NCBI GenBank assembly: GCA_040222015.1
Contig: JAVJWO010000022.1
Location: 21,720 to 85,719 of the forward strand
DNA length: 64,000 bases
Direction: 5' to 3'
Source of the DNA: Coleofasciculus chthonoplastes F2-STO-03
GTDB lineage: Bacteria > Cyanobacteriota > Cyanobacteriia > Cyanobacteriales > Coleofasciculaceae
The position numbers were made by a program, and so were the translations under genes. This document shows positions 39,873 through 50,500 of this stretch, piece by piece. Below the pieces are notes generated by a model that saw only the letters and a list, made by a program, of their open reading frames with translations, was not told the origin of the DNA and searched no databases. The first letter of the stretch is position 1; each line of letters begins with the position of its first letter.

Positions 39873-40847
39873 ATGAAATTTTCCGAACTATCACTTGGGA
39901 TAAAAAAGCCATTACTGTCGGCTAAACCTCTGGGACAGACGCCAGGTAAATTACCCACTCTAGGGCTATTTACTAACTCAACTGTTCATAACTTAGACAT
40001 ACTTTCTTCCACGGGTAGAACTGTATTAGCGGCTATCTCTCAAACAGAGGAAAAGCAACCTGTCAGGTTGGCAGAAAATGCTCAAGCTAACGATGGCGTT
40101 GGATTGAGGAACGACACCCAAGGGTCAAGTATTCCCAGAAACCGGGTTTCTGGTGAGGATAACAACGAAATATCGGCATTTTATCCAAAGGTTAATCAAG
40201 CCAAATCCTTTCCACAACTCCCCCTGAGTTGGCAAGACTTAAACACCATAATTTCTTTAGGTCAATTTGATGGTTTAGGTTGGTCTTCTCTTCAATCTTT
40301 GCAGGTGTTAAATCTGACTCCTGAAACTTCAATCGATCAGGAATTAGGGGAATTGTCCTTAAGCAGTTCCGAGAATAATCAGAATCGTTTACTTGAGTTA
40401 AGTCTTTCACGATTGAACTCAATCTCTTTAGACAAGAGTCATTCAGATTTAAATCTAGATAGTCAATCCTCTAGTCAAACTACACCAACCTCTTGGGAGA
40501 GTTTGGCTGAATTAATTGGTGAAGATAGTTCTGTTTCTAGTCAGGATAGGGATAATGAATATATCGAAGGGTTCATGTTTACCCCAGAAGGATTTCGTCC
40601 CATTTATGCTAATCCAATAAAAACATCTGGTGATGTAGCGGATTTAATTGAAGCGGAAGCAAAAACAGTTTCTGAAACCGATCAAACTCCTAGAGTAACG
40701 GTTCAACCTTCAGTAACAGTCGTTCAACCCTCCCAATCCAGCGAATCAGAACTTGTCAGTGAATCTAATTTGCGGATGTTGGCACAAGAAGTCTACAAGT
40801 TAGTCCGACAGCGTTTGCAAATTGAGCGAGAACGTTATCGTCGTTAA
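39873..40847 (+). CDS. Hypothetical Ser-rich protein with C-terminal helix LAQEVYKLVRQRLQIERER
   Basis: 324-aa low-complexity ORF; C-terminal motif shared with 38847-39005. Confidence 0.65.
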   Translation: MKFSELSLGIKKPLLSAKPLGQTPGKLPTLGLFTNSTVHNLDILSSTGRTVLAAISQTEEKQPVRLAENAQANDGVGLRNDTQGSSIPRNRVSGEDNNEISAFYPKVNQAKSFPQLPLSWQDLNTIISLGQFDGLGWSSLQSLQVLNLTPETSIDQELGELSLSSSENNQNRLLELSLSRLNSISLDKSHSDLNLDSQSSSQTTPTSWESLAELIGEDSSVSSQDRDNEYIEGFMFTPEGFRPIYANPIKTSGDVADLIEAEAKTVSETDQTPRVTVQPSVTVVQPSQSSESELVSESNLRMLAQEVYKLVRQRLQIERERYRR

Positions 40848-40984
40848 GCTTTTTATAACATGGAATTATAAACTATACTTATTTAATCAAAAACCATCTA
40901 TAGCTGATACTAGATTTAGGTTAACTGCCTCCGCTTTTATAGAGGGAAATCAGAGAAAACAATGGTAAAATTAAGGAAACTAAA

Positions 40985-41716
40985 ATGGAGCAAATCAGTA
41001 AATATCGCTTAAATTCAAAGCTGAAACTGATACTAATCGGGGGTTTAGTTGTTTTTCTGATTATTGCCAACAAACATTTCGACATTCGGGAACTTTTGCA
41101 AACCGCCTTACATTGGGTTGAAAGTCTTGGTGTCTTAGCGCCCATTGTATATATAATTATCTACAACCTAGCAACAGTACTATTTATTCCGGGTTCTCTC
41201 TTGACTCTAAAAGGAGGTTGCTTGTTTGGCTTGCTTTGGGGTTCAATCTATGTCACGATCGCGGCAATGTTTGGCGCCATTTTTGCTTTCCTAATTGGAC
41301 GCTATCTCTCGCGGGATTGGGTTTATAAACAGATTGAACATCATCCAAAATTCAAAGCGATTAATCAAGCCGTGAAGACAGAAGGATGGAAAATTGTCCT
41401 CCTGACTCGCCTTTCTCCTATCTTTCCGTTTAACCTACTCAATTACCTATTTGGTGTTACTCAAGTTTCTATCAAAGACTATGTTTTGGGTTCCATTGGG
41501 ATGATTCCAGCCACCTTGGTGTACGTGTACATCGGTTCCCTGGCTAGCAATTTAGCCACAGTCAATATGTCTAATCAACCCACCACACAGGAAACTCAAA
41601 TCGCTAAATGGGTGATTCGGATAATTGGTTTAATTGCGACGATTGCGGTAACGGTCTACCTAGCCCATATTGCCAAGAAAGCTTTAGATGAAACTGTTGT
41701 ACAGGAAGAAGTCTAA
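40985..41716 (+). CDS. TVP38/TMEM64 (DedA/VTT superfamily) membrane protein
   Basis: FIPGSLLTL, FLIGRYL, LTRLSPIFPFNLLNY, GMIPAT. Confidence 0.9.
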   Translation: MEQISKYRLNSKLKLILIGGLVVFLIIANKHFDIRELLQTALHWVESLGVLAPIVYIIIYNLATVLFIPGSLLTLKGGCLFGLLWGSIYVTIAAMFGAIFAFLIGRYLSRDWVYKQIEHHPKFKAINQAVKTEGWKIVLLTRLSPIFPFNLLNYLFGVTQVSIKDYVLGSIGMIPATLVYVYIGSLASNLATVNMSNQPTTQETQIAKWVIRIIGLIATIAVTVYLAHIAKKALDETVVQEEV

Positions 41717-42034
41717 TTCGGAGCTGGCGGATCTAAGCATCATCTAAGCATCAATTAGCTGTAGAGCATCCACTGCACATTAGTTTAGCGGCTAAGTATA
41801 TCATCGCCACACTCGTACTGCACGTTATTTACGGAGCGTACTGATTTTCCTCGACTAACCTACATCTCCTCTAACCAAGTTTCAATGGCGGAATTTTAAC
41901 TGTGTTAGTCCAGTAGTGAGCAAGATGCTCACACTCCTGCTATTGCATTTGTCCACTATCGTGAGTTTCACATCTCAAATGAAAACACTATATGGGAAAA
42001 TTTACTCAAACGGCGATCGCGGAATGGAACGGAC

Positions 42035-44413
42035 ATGAGAACGTTTAAGTGGGTGATTTGGGGACTCTTAGGAATAATCTGTGCGATCGCGCTAATCTAT
42101 TTTTCCCCGGAACCCCAACCTGCTGTTCCTCAGGAGTCCAGTTACACCCTGAGTCAACCAGCAGGAAATCAACCGTCTTTTTATCCCCTTGAGCAAGACA
42201 TTGACCCAACCTTCTATCACTCTGTCGGTGATTGGGTGGGACGATTAATTTTACCCAATCCGGAAGAAATAACCGCCAATTCAACAGGTGATTGGGTTTG
42301 GTTTCAGGTGTACAACGCCCCCGACACTGCCCAGGATTTAATCGGTGATAAAGTGCGTTTAGAATGGCAGGAAACGCCCCAAATTCAGGCATATTTGGAT
42401 GCTGTTACCACCCCGATTGAATTTAACCAAACGACTCGCAATAGCCAGAAAGACGGTAATATTCACCCCAATCGCCTGAATGGTTGGTCACAGGTGGGTC
42501 CATTACAATCTTTAGCGGGAGCCAGACCTAAAAATGATGTGATTGTCCGCTTAGAGGAGGTGATTTGGGCAGAAAATAGGCTGAAAATTGCTCGTTCTCC
42601 GATTCAAGTTTCCGGGCGATTTTATGGTTTAGTGTCGATTGTCAGCACCCAGGGAGAATGGTTAACGGTACGTCATTACAACCCCGAATCGGACAGATTT
42701 GACGGTGTTGAAGAAGTCATTCGTTTCCGCAAGGGGAGGTTGTTTTCCACGCCACAACAGCTTGAAGCGTCTCCCGCAGGCGAGGCGGGGTGGTATATTT
42801 ACGGGGCGAAGGATAAACAAGGTGTTTTTACCGTCCAAGCCATTGCGCCGCGATCGCTATTTCAATTGCAACCGGATCGGGTTATTTTAGGTTCAGATCG
42901 GCTGCCGAATTTGTGGCAGAATACCCGCGAGCGTCAGGGTACTGTGGCGACAGTGTTAATTGATCCAGAGGCGAAAAGCAAACCCGATGCAATTTCCGCT
43001 TGGCAAGCAGGCGATCGCGCTTTGATTTTACATCTGTTTGGCGGGATTGGCGGTGAAAATGGCGATGAACAGACGATATGGGCGACGGTAACGGGTCATT
43101 TCTCCTTTGGGGTGGCGGAGATTATTCGTGATCCGTTGACTAATGAGTTAAGCTGGGAAATTGTCTATCAACAGGTTTATGCCCATAACCCGAACGGTAT
43201 TATTGCTGGAAATGTAACCTGGGCAAATTATATGGGGGATTTGCACCGGGGATGGTTGGGGACACGCCCGGTTGTTGATGTTTTAATCAAATTGGAAGCT
43301 GTCACTCAAGACTATAATTTCGATGGCGTAATTCTCTCACCTTTACAGGCATTAAAGTACCAGTTGAATGTCATGATGTCCCGCTATCGCACCGGGGATG
43401 GAACCGGAAGTGCGATCGTTACACCTGCTTCGTCTTGCGTTCAGGATTCTAATCAAGCCTTATATATTGCGATTGAACAGATTAAGCAGCAGGTAGCGAC
43501 AACGCCTCAGATACAGGCTTGGCTACAACAGCATCCTAATCATCCCCAAACCCAGCGATTTCAGGCGTTAGTGGCGTTAGGGAAGGAATTAGAACAGAAT
43601 TTAACGCCGTTGGGGGTGGTGCGTTCCGACTGGAAGCAAAACGCGGAAACCTTGGCAGGTGTGGGTGATCGCTTGATTCAGGATAATGATTTATTCGCCG
43701 GGATTTTGAGTTGGCGGACAATTATGCCCCGTCGAGGACAGGATATCATTGCCGATTTGTTGCTTGACAAAAAGGCGAAACTGTGGTTTTTGCAAAGTTT
43801 TCAAGTCCCTGGGGGAGAGGAGTCCATTTTTCCGGTGGCGCCAACGGTATTATTGGGACAGGTTCCCGTCTTGTCAACGCTGTTAATTCGCGTAGTGACG
43901 GGGTTAATAACGCTACCGAGTGGGTGGGGGTGGCTGATTTGTGTGAGTATTGGTTTGGGGTATGCTGCGATCGCGGTTCCCTTCGGTTTGATGACGGGTT
44001 TTTTACAATTCCGTTGGGATTTGAATTGGAATCAGTTCTTTTTAACCTTGGTTTTCCCAGCATTCAGCGAAGAGTTAGTCTTTCGGGGGCTGCTGCTTCC
44101 CAGTTTCCTAGAAAATGCATCGGCGGGGGCGTGGTTATTTGGGTTGAGCCTGAGTACAATTCTGTTTATCCTGTATCATCCCTTGAATGCCCGCTATTTT
44201 TACCCTCCCGGTTATCCAATGTTCTGGGATTGGAGATTTTTAGTCTTGGCGGGATGGTTAGGAATTGCCTGTGGGGTTAGTTATGGCGTGACGCGATCGC
44301 TGTGGTCTGCTGTTAGTTTACACTGGCTAGCGGTGATTATTTGGCTATTTGTTTTCGGGGGAAAGGGTAAACTCCATGTCAAACAGACAGAGATGTTACA
44401 CGAGTCGCACTAA
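42035..44413 (+). CDS. Large membrane protein with C-terminal CPBP (Abi/CAAX) intramembrane protease domain
   Basis: C-terminal EELVFRG, FILYH, SLW....HW motifs; large N-terminal soluble region (HLFGGIGG, YAHNPNGI, SCVQDS). Confidence 0.82.
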   Translation: MRTFKWVIWGLLGIICAIALIYFSPEPQPAVPQESSYTLSQPAGNQPSFYPLEQDIDPTFYHSVGDWVGRLILPNPEEITANSTGDWVWFQVYNAPDTAQDLIGDKVRLEWQETPQIQAYLDAVTTPIEFNQTTRNSQKDGNIHPNRLNGWSQVGPLQSLAGARPKNDVIVRLEEVIWAENRLKIARSPIQVSGRFYGLVSIVSTQGEWLTVRHYNPESDRFDGVEEVIRFRKGRLFSTPQQLEASPAGEAGWYIYGAKDKQGVFTVQAIAPRSLFQLQPDRVILGSDRLPNLWQNTRERQGTVATVLIDPEAKSKPDAISAWQAGDRALILHLFGGIGGENGDEQTIWATVTGHFSFGVAEIIRDPLTNELSWEIVYQQVYAHNPNGIIAGNVTWANYMGDLHRGWLGTRPVVDVLIKLEAVTQDYNFDGVILSPLQALKYQLNVMMSRYRTGDGTGSAIVTPASSCVQDSNQALYIAIEQIKQQVATTPQIQAWLQQHPNHPQTQRFQALVALGKELEQNLTPLGVVRSDWKQNAETLAGVGDRLIQDNDLFAGILSWRTIMPRRGQDIIADLLLDKKAKLWFLQSFQVPGGEESIFPVAPTVLLGQVPVLSTLLIRVVTGLITLPSGWGWLICVSIGLGYAAIAVPFGLMTGFLQFRWDLNWNQFFLTLVFPAFSEELVFRGLLLPSFLENASAGAWLFGLSLSTILFILYHPLNARYFYPPGYPMFWDWRFLVLAGWLGIACGVSYGVTRSLWSAVSLHWLAVIIWLFVFGGKGKLHVKQTEMLHESH

Positions 44414-44415
44414 CG

Positions 44416-44895
44416 TTGACGGTTATGAGGATTCGGATTGCTCAAGCCTCGGATAGTCCCGAATTAGCCAAACTGTATCAAGAAACGGTACTCGCGATCG
44501 CGCCTCAATTCTACTCTGATGCTCAAACCCATAGCTGGGCGTCGTTTGCTGAGGATACGGCTGGGTTTCGGGAGTTCATTTTGTCAGGGACAACATTTGT
44601 GGCGGTGGATGAAACCGGGATTCTCGGCTTTGCGGGAATAGCCGATGATGGTCATATTCTCTCAGCTTATGTGCGGCGCGATCGCATCCATCAAGGGATT
44701 GGTTCTCGGCTTATGGACATTCTCTTGGATTATGCTAAACGTCACAGGATTCAGCGCTTATATGCAGAAGCAAGTGAGTTTAGTTTGGGGTTGTTTAAAA
44801 GGTTTGGTTTTCAGGTTTATGATATGGAGATTGTCGAACGTCAAGGGGTGGAGTTTCAGCGCTATTTGGTTGAACGATTTACCCTCATTCCTTAA
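44416..44895 (+). CDS. GNAT family N-acetyltransferase
   Basis: YV....HQGIGSRL motif A, LFKRFGF; start may be the ATG at 44425. Confidence 0.85.
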   Translation: MTVMRIRIAQASDSPELAKLYQETVLAIAPQFYSDAQTHSWASFAEDTAGFREFILSGTTFVAVDETGILGFAGIADDGHILSAYVRRDRIHQGIGSRLMDILLDYAKRHRIQRLYAEASEFSLGLFKRFGFQVYDMEIVERQGVEFQRYLVERFTLIP

Positions 44896-45102
44896 CTTTT
44901 TCAGCCTTGCATCGCAGGTACGCGGATTACGGTGCAGAGTTTGAGACAATAGGGCACGGCAATGCCGTACCCCTACGTTAGGGATAATTGATGGGGTAGA
45001 GGCACAATACTATCGTGCCCTAATCTAGCTGAATTCAACTGCCAAGAGTTGATCTAAAAGCAAAAGGCAGCAACCGCAGATGGTAGGTGGGCAATGCCCA
45101 CC

Positions 45103-46182
45103 CTACTCAATCGCCTGTTGTAAGATTGCTTTATTCACCGACGGTTCAACGGTTTCCAGGGATGCAAGATTCGTCGCCAATAATTCCTCTACCATAGCCG
45201 CCACCTTCCCAGAGACAAGATCACGCCAAGCCTGACGCTGTAGGGAATGTCCATCCTGCTTACACCATTGTGCGATCGCATTAGATAAGTCTTCCATCTT
45301 ATTGGGTAACGGTTCAATCAACTCAGCCAACTCAGCCAACTCTTGAGCCGAAAAAAGCGATCGTTGATGCTGTAACAGTTCAATAAAAGCCACAACATTT
45401 TGTTCAGCAAATAACCGTGCGGCTTGTTGAACCACTTCCCCAGGCAAATCCAATCCTTCAGCAATCATCTCCCAACTCAAACCTAACTGCATTAGGCGGG
45501 GTATTGCTTTTAACTTGGTTTCTTGTCTGCCTTCTTCTTGCGCTTCCTGATAAACCTTGGTTTGTTTGAGTTCACTTAACCCGAACATAGCTTGTATCTC
45601 CTCTCGGCTTTTTTGCGGTAATTTGTAAACGATGATTGTCTCGATTAAATCAATCAGATTCTGTTTAGTCGTCTCATCGGTTATCTGGACTTGGGCTTGT
45701 TCAATCAAGCGTCTTGCTTGTTCCGGGGCTGTCTTTTCCCTCTCAATCACTAGCTTAACAACATTAACCCCCAGGGAATCCGATGCAGCATCTCCTAACT
45801 CATCTAAGTATATGCGAGTAACCCGGGGGAAAAGTTCCCTAAAGTGTAACGGTTGTTCCCTTTCAATCCGACGAGTGGGATAAATGACCACAACCCGCCA
45901 TTGATGGGCAGGTTTGTATTGCTTCAGAAAAATAAACAGTTCCGTAAATACACGATAATATAAATTCTCATCCGGTTGAAACTGAACCTCGACCACATAA
46001 AAGGGTTCGTTTGATTGTTCATTCTTCGGCAGAAACAACCCATCGAGTCGAAATGACAGTTCCTTAATTTCACGGGATGTGAATTCATACATCTCGGCTT
46101 GTTCTGCGGATTGGTTGATCAGTTCAAAGAAGATACTGGGAAACCCTTTGAACAAGCGATAAAAAATGCTGTCAGTTTTCAC
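45103..46182 (-). CDS. Rpn family recombination-promoting nuclease / putative transposase (DUF2887-type) with C-terminal extension
   Basis: MKTDSIFYRLF, FRLDGLF, VEVQFQ, IETIIVYKLP, LKQTKVYQEA. Confidence 0.85.
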   Translation of the reverse strand: MKTDSIFYRLFKGFPSIFFELINQSAEQAEMYEFTSREIKELSFRLDGLFLPKNEQSNEPFYVVEVQFQPDENLYYRVFTELFIFLKQYKPAHQWRVVVIYPTRRIEREQPLHFRELFPRVTRIYLDELGDAASDSLGVNVVKLVIEREKTAPEQARRLIEQAQVQITDETTKQNLIDLIETIIVYKLPQKSREEIQAMFGLSELKQTKVYQEAQEEGRQETKLKAIPRLMQLGLSWEMIAEGLDLPGEVVQQAARLFAEQNVVAFIELLQHQRSLFSAQELAELAELIEPLPNKMEDLSNAIAQWCKQDGHSLQRQAWRDLVSGKVAAMVEELLATNLASLETVEPSVNKAILQQAIE

Positions 46183-46426
46183 GTTCTCCTTGGGCTTTCC
46201 ATCACACAGTTGACGATTAATACTGTGTCACCCCAGAAGCGGAAAATTCCTATCACCACAATCTTGACAAATTCAACCAATTATGATTTAAGCCAGGACA
46301 GACGACGCGATCGCACCTGTGGAAACCTTGTAGGGGCGACCCGCCTGCATCAATTAACAGACCACTCCATTCAATTGGATTGGGTCGCCCTTTACTCCAT
46401 ACAAAAAACGCTTAAACTTGCTCACG

Positions 46427-48514
46427 TCAATAGCCCCGGGTTTGACTTTTCTCGACTTGCGCCAATAATTGTTTCTGAGTATGAGCCGTGGGTTTACAAC
46501 TGAGTCCCTGACAAACTAATCCAACCGCATCCTCCGGAAGACTGGGTTCTAATCGATACATGATTGCCGGAAAATACTGAGTCATTAGGGATAAAATCTG
46601 AGCCACGTCGGTGCGAATTAGGGTAGAATTGCGGAACCAATCTAAGGCAGTAAACAGACTGGGACAGGATTGGGACGACTGGTTCATCACACTAGCAAAC
46701 GCATTGAGAGCAACTTCTGCGCGATCCAAATAAGCTAAGTTTTCCGTGAGTAACGTCAGACGCACCAAATTCGCGATCGCGACACCATTCGCCGCAGGTG
46801 TGGCATTATCGGTATAACTGCGTTCCCGTATCAATAAATCTCCACTACTATCATTAGCGGCGTTATAGTAGCCTGCGAGTTCCACACTCCACAAATATTC
46901 GTCAAATTCGTCCTGTACCTTAATCGCCTCCTCTAACCAAGTATCCGGGGTTGGCGATTGGGAAGACTCTTGTGCTGTTGCTAATCCTAGTGAGGCTTGA
47001 TGCAAATCTAATAAGGCTTTAATAAATAACGCATAATCTTCCGACTGTGCCAATACAGAGGCTTCACCTTCATAATTCAAGCGATGGAAACGCTGATCTA
47101 CCCATTGATTCTCCAGAATAAATTTAGCGGCTGTTGTGGCTAATTCCAGGTATTCGGGTTTACGAAATACGCCATAGGACCGGGCTAAACCAGAAATCAT
47201 CAGGCTATTCCATGCCACAATCATTTTCGTATCTGTAACCGCCGGAATCCGACCTGACCAATTCTTGGTTTTTGCCTCTTGATTATTCTGGGCTGGGGGG
47301 AAGGTTTTTAAGCTATCGGGAGGGGAACCATAACGGGCAGTAAACAGTTTTGCTAATGCCGTTTCTAAGGTATCGCTTAACTGATCCGAATAACGGCGCT
47401 GCAACACATTTTGTCCTTCAAAATTACCCTCAGACGTCACCGTAAATTGTTCTTGCAATTCTGCCAATTCCTCAGCCGTGAGGAGTTGCTGCAATTCGGC
47501 ATAACTCCAGACATAAAATGCCCCTTCTTCTGGTTCAGGGGCGCTGGGTTCAGTGAAACTATCGGCGTCTTGGGCGGCGTAAAAATAACCGGATGAGGCG
47601 GTCATTTCCCGTGTCAACCATTGCACTGTCCCCGATATTGCCCGTTCAAATGCAGCTTCTTTAATCCCCGCACTCCACAGATTTGCCAAATACTCGACAA
47701 TCTGCCCATTATCGTAGAGCATTTTTTCAAAGTGAGGCACCGTCCAAGTGGCGTCTACGGTGTAGCGATGAAAGCCGCCAGCGACGTGATCATAGATTCC
47801 CCCTTTGGCTAAATCTAACCCCCGCGATCGCGACGCTTGGTAAGCATTAACCTCTGTCGTTTCTTGGAAACGAATTCCGCGCAAGGCTAAATCCGCATAG
47901 GGAATCATCGGAAAACTCGGTCCATAACTCCCACTATCTACAATTCGGATCGTCTTGTCCATCCCCTGGCGCAGTAATTCAGCCGTAAGTTGTCCTGAAG
48001 CGGGGAGGAGAACCGACTGTTGTAGATGACCAAGAATTTCCTGTTTAAAGTTTTGCAGCTTGGTCTTTTCGACATCATAGAAGCGGCGAATCGCTTGCAA
48101 TACCTGCAAAAAGCCCGGACGCCCATAGCGCGGTTCCACAGGGAAATAGGTCCCCCCATAAAAAGGAACCCGATCCTCTGGCGTCAGAAAGATATTTAGG
48201 GGCCAACCCCCTTGACCGGTCATCATCTGCAACGCCTGCATATAAATGCTATCAATATCCGGGCGTTCTTCGCGGTCTACCTTAATCGGTAAGAAATTGG
48301 CATTCATGTACTGTGCGATCGCCGGATCAGAAAAGGCTTCCCCTTCCATCACCGTACACCAGTGGCAGCTTGAGTAACCAATGGACAGAAAAATTGGCTT
48401 ATTGTCCGCCTTGGCAGTGAATAACGCTTCATCACTCCAGGGCCACCAATCGATAGGATTTTCCGCATGCTTACGCAGATAAAGGCTTTGGCATTGGGCA
48501 AGGCGATTGGTCAT
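46427..48514 (-). CDS. YyaL/DUF255 thioredoxin-domain protein
   Basis: NRLA...SLYL..HAENP, SIGYSSCHWCTVME, KVDREERPD, GGWPL, PHFEKMLYDN, SEDYA. Confidence 0.92.
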   Translation of the reverse strand: MTNRLAQCQSLYLRKHAENPIDWWPWSDEALFTAKADNKPIFLSIGYSSCHWCTVMEGEAFSDPAIAQYMNANFLPIKVDREERPDIDSIYMQALQMMTGQGGWPLNIFLTPEDRVPFYGGTYFPVEPRYGRPGFLQVLQAIRRFYDVEKTKLQNFKQEILGHLQQSVLLPASGQLTAELLRQGMDKTIRIVDSGSYGPSFPMIPYADLALRGIRFQETTEVNAYQASRSRGLDLAKGGIYDHVAGGFHRYTVDATWTVPHFEKMLYDNGQIVEYLANLWSAGIKEAAFERAISGTVQWLTREMTASSGYFYAAQDADSFTEPSAPEPEEGAFYVWSYAELQQLLTAEELAELQEQFTVTSEGNFEGQNVLQRRYSDQLSDTLETALAKLFTARYGSPPDSLKTFPPAQNNQEAKTKNWSGRIPAVTDTKMIVAWNSLMISGLARSYGVFRKPEYLELATTAAKFILENQWVDQRFHRLNYEGEASVLAQSEDYALFIKALLDLHQASLGLATAQESSQSPTPDTWLEEAIKVQDEFDEYLWSVELAGYYNAANDSSGDLLIRERSYTDNATPAANGVAIANLVRLTLLTENLAYLDRAEVALNAFASVMNQSSQSCPSLFTALDWFRNSTLIRTDVAQILSLMTQYFPAIMYRLEPSLPEDAVGLVCQGLSCKPTAHTQKQLLAQVEKSQTRGY

Positions 48515-49001
48515 AGTTACTCTTGATGCTCTCTGAATCAGTGTATCGCGGTTTGCGGTTTTGGTCTGGAAAGCCTCAAAGTGATTTGGGGGAGCAACGC
48601 ACCCTAATTTTTAATTGAGTGTGGGAGGATGTCACAATCTTAATAAGCTGTTCCCCAATCCCCAGAATGTCTAATCAACCTCAAATCCATCACCGTAGTA
48701 TTCCCGTCCGCGATCGCGCCATTGAACATCTTCCTGGATTGAGTGAGCAAGATTGCGCTAAACTTCAGCAGCAGGGAATTACGACAACAGATCAACTCCT
48801 CAAAGTCGCGAATAATCGCCAATCTCAACAAGCGTTAGCTAATCAACTGCAAATCAAGGCACAATATGTGTATAAATGGGTCGCACTGGCTGATTTAGCT
48901 CGCGTACCTAGTGTTGGCTATGAATACTGTGGGTTATTGCTGCACGCGGGCATTATTTCAGTCAAGCAGCTTGCTCAAACACCGACTCACAAGTTACAGT
49001 A

Positions 49002-50391
49002 CAAGCGATGGTGCAGGCTCCCCCGTGTTTCAACCGGGGGATGAAACCGAGCGAGGCATTTAACCAAGCAACTTTAGTTGCCAGTGTTAACTCGTTTATG
49101 ATATATTTTTATCATAAGCGTAACGCGATAAAATGATTGTCTACGAGGGGAAGCTAAAAGGTAAAGAGTACCAGTACAGAAGGCTTGATGAAGCCATCCG
49201 TACTGGTTTGTTTATTCGTAACGCTTGCCTTCGTTATTGGGAAGATGGTCACGCTAAGAGTCGCAATGACTTATCTAAGTATTGTGCAGTCCTTGGCAAA
49301 AATAAAGAGTTTCCTTGGGCAAGGAAACTAAACTCTCAGGCTCGGCAAGCCATGTCTGAGCGAACCTGGGCTAGCGTTAGTCGATTCTTTGATAACTGTA
49401 AAAAGCAGATCAAAGGAAAGAAAGGATATCCCAAGTACAAAAAGAACCGTCCCAATCATGGTTCAGTAGAGTACAAAACGTCAGGTTGGAAGCTGTCAGA
49501 GAATCGTGACTCAATCACATTCACTGATGGGTTGAAAGCCGGAACATTTAAACTCTATGGAACCCGTGACTTAAACGACTACCAACTCAGCCAAATCAAA
49601 AGAGTTAGGGTAGTACGTCGCGCCGATGGTTATTATGCTCAGTTCTGTATTGACCATGACAGGACAGAGGACAAAGAGCCAACGGGTAATACTCTAGGAT
49701 TAGATGTTGGGTTGAACCATTTCTATACTGATTCTAACGGACAGACAGTTGACAATCCAAGATTTCTGAGGAAATCGGAGAAACAACTTAAGCGTCTTCA
49801 GAAGCGAGTATCTAAAAGGTTTAAGAAAGGTCAACCTCAATCTAATAACTACAAAAAGGCTAAACAAAAGTTAGCCAAGAAACACTTGAAAGTCAGTAGG
49901 CAGCGTAAAGACTTTGCGGTAAAGATTGCATTGTGCGTAGTCCGGTCTAACGACTTGGTAGCTTATGAGGACTTGCAAGTGCGGAACATGGTCAAAAATC
50001 ATCACCTAGCTAAATCTATTAGTGATGCGGCTTGGTCTGAGTTTAGACGTTGGCTTGAGTATTTTGGTAAGGTTTTTGGTGTAGCAACAGTTGCCGTTAA
50101 ACCTCGCTACACCTCTCAAAATTGTTCTAATTGCGGTTGTCTTGTGAAGAAAACGCTTTCAACCCGGACGCACAAATGTCAGTGTGGATGCGTTTTAGAC
50201 CGTGATTGGAATGCCGCAATAAACATACTCAAGGAAGCACTTCGTACCGTGGGGCACACGGGAACATTCCAGGAATACTGGATAAACGCTTCGGGACAAC
50301 TCGCCCTATAGCAGTGTTGATGAAAATCAATACTCGCTTGGTGATTGGATGAACGAAGAATCCCCCGCGTTTTCAACCGGGGGAGTGTCAA
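49002..50391 (+). mobile_element. IS200/IS605-family tnpB-only (IS1341-type) element
   Basis: Matching subterminal hairpins TCCCCCG..TTTCAACCGGGGGA at about 49019-49041 and 50361-50384; right end TCAA; no tnpA; left boundary approximate. Confidence 0.88.
49133..50311 (+). CDS. tnpB: RNA-guided endonuclease TnpB
   Basis: RuvC residues GLDVG, YEDL and DRDWNAA all present; Zn finger TSQNCSNCG..HKCQCG. Confidence 0.93.
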   Translation: MIVYEGKLKGKEYQYRRLDEAIRTGLFIRNACLRYWEDGHAKSRNDLSKYCAVLGKNKEFPWARKLNSQARQAMSERTWASVSRFFDNCKKQIKGKKGYPKYKKNRPNHGSVEYKTSGWKLSENRDSITFTDGLKAGTFKLYGTRDLNDYQLSQIKRVRVVRRADGYYAQFCIDHDRTEDKEPTGNTLGLDVGLNHFYTDSNGQTVDNPRFLRKSEKQLKRLQKRVSKRFKKGQPQSNNYKKAKQKLAKKHLKVSRQRKDFAVKIALCVVRSNDLVAYEDLQVRNMVKNHHLAKSISDAAWSEFRRWLEYFGKVFGVATVAVKPRYTSQNCSNCGCLVKKTLSTRTHKCQCGCVLDRDWNAAINILKEALRTVGHTGTFQEYWINASGQLAL

Positions 50392-50500
50392 GACTGCAAG
50401 TGGCAACAATGCAACGGCGTGATCTGAGTCCGACTATTGATCAAGTCGCCGCTTGGATTCAACAAGCGCGGGAATTATAGAGACAGGCTAGGGCGCGTCT

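Larger units (their letters stand above)
48667..50480 (+). pseudogene. DUF4332 gene split by an IS200/IS605-family element
   Basis: N-terminal part LPGL..WVALADLARVPSVG..YCGLLLHAGI..THKLQ; C-terminal part RLQVATMQRRDLSPTIDQVAAWIQQAREL* resumes at 50391. Confidence 0.85.
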
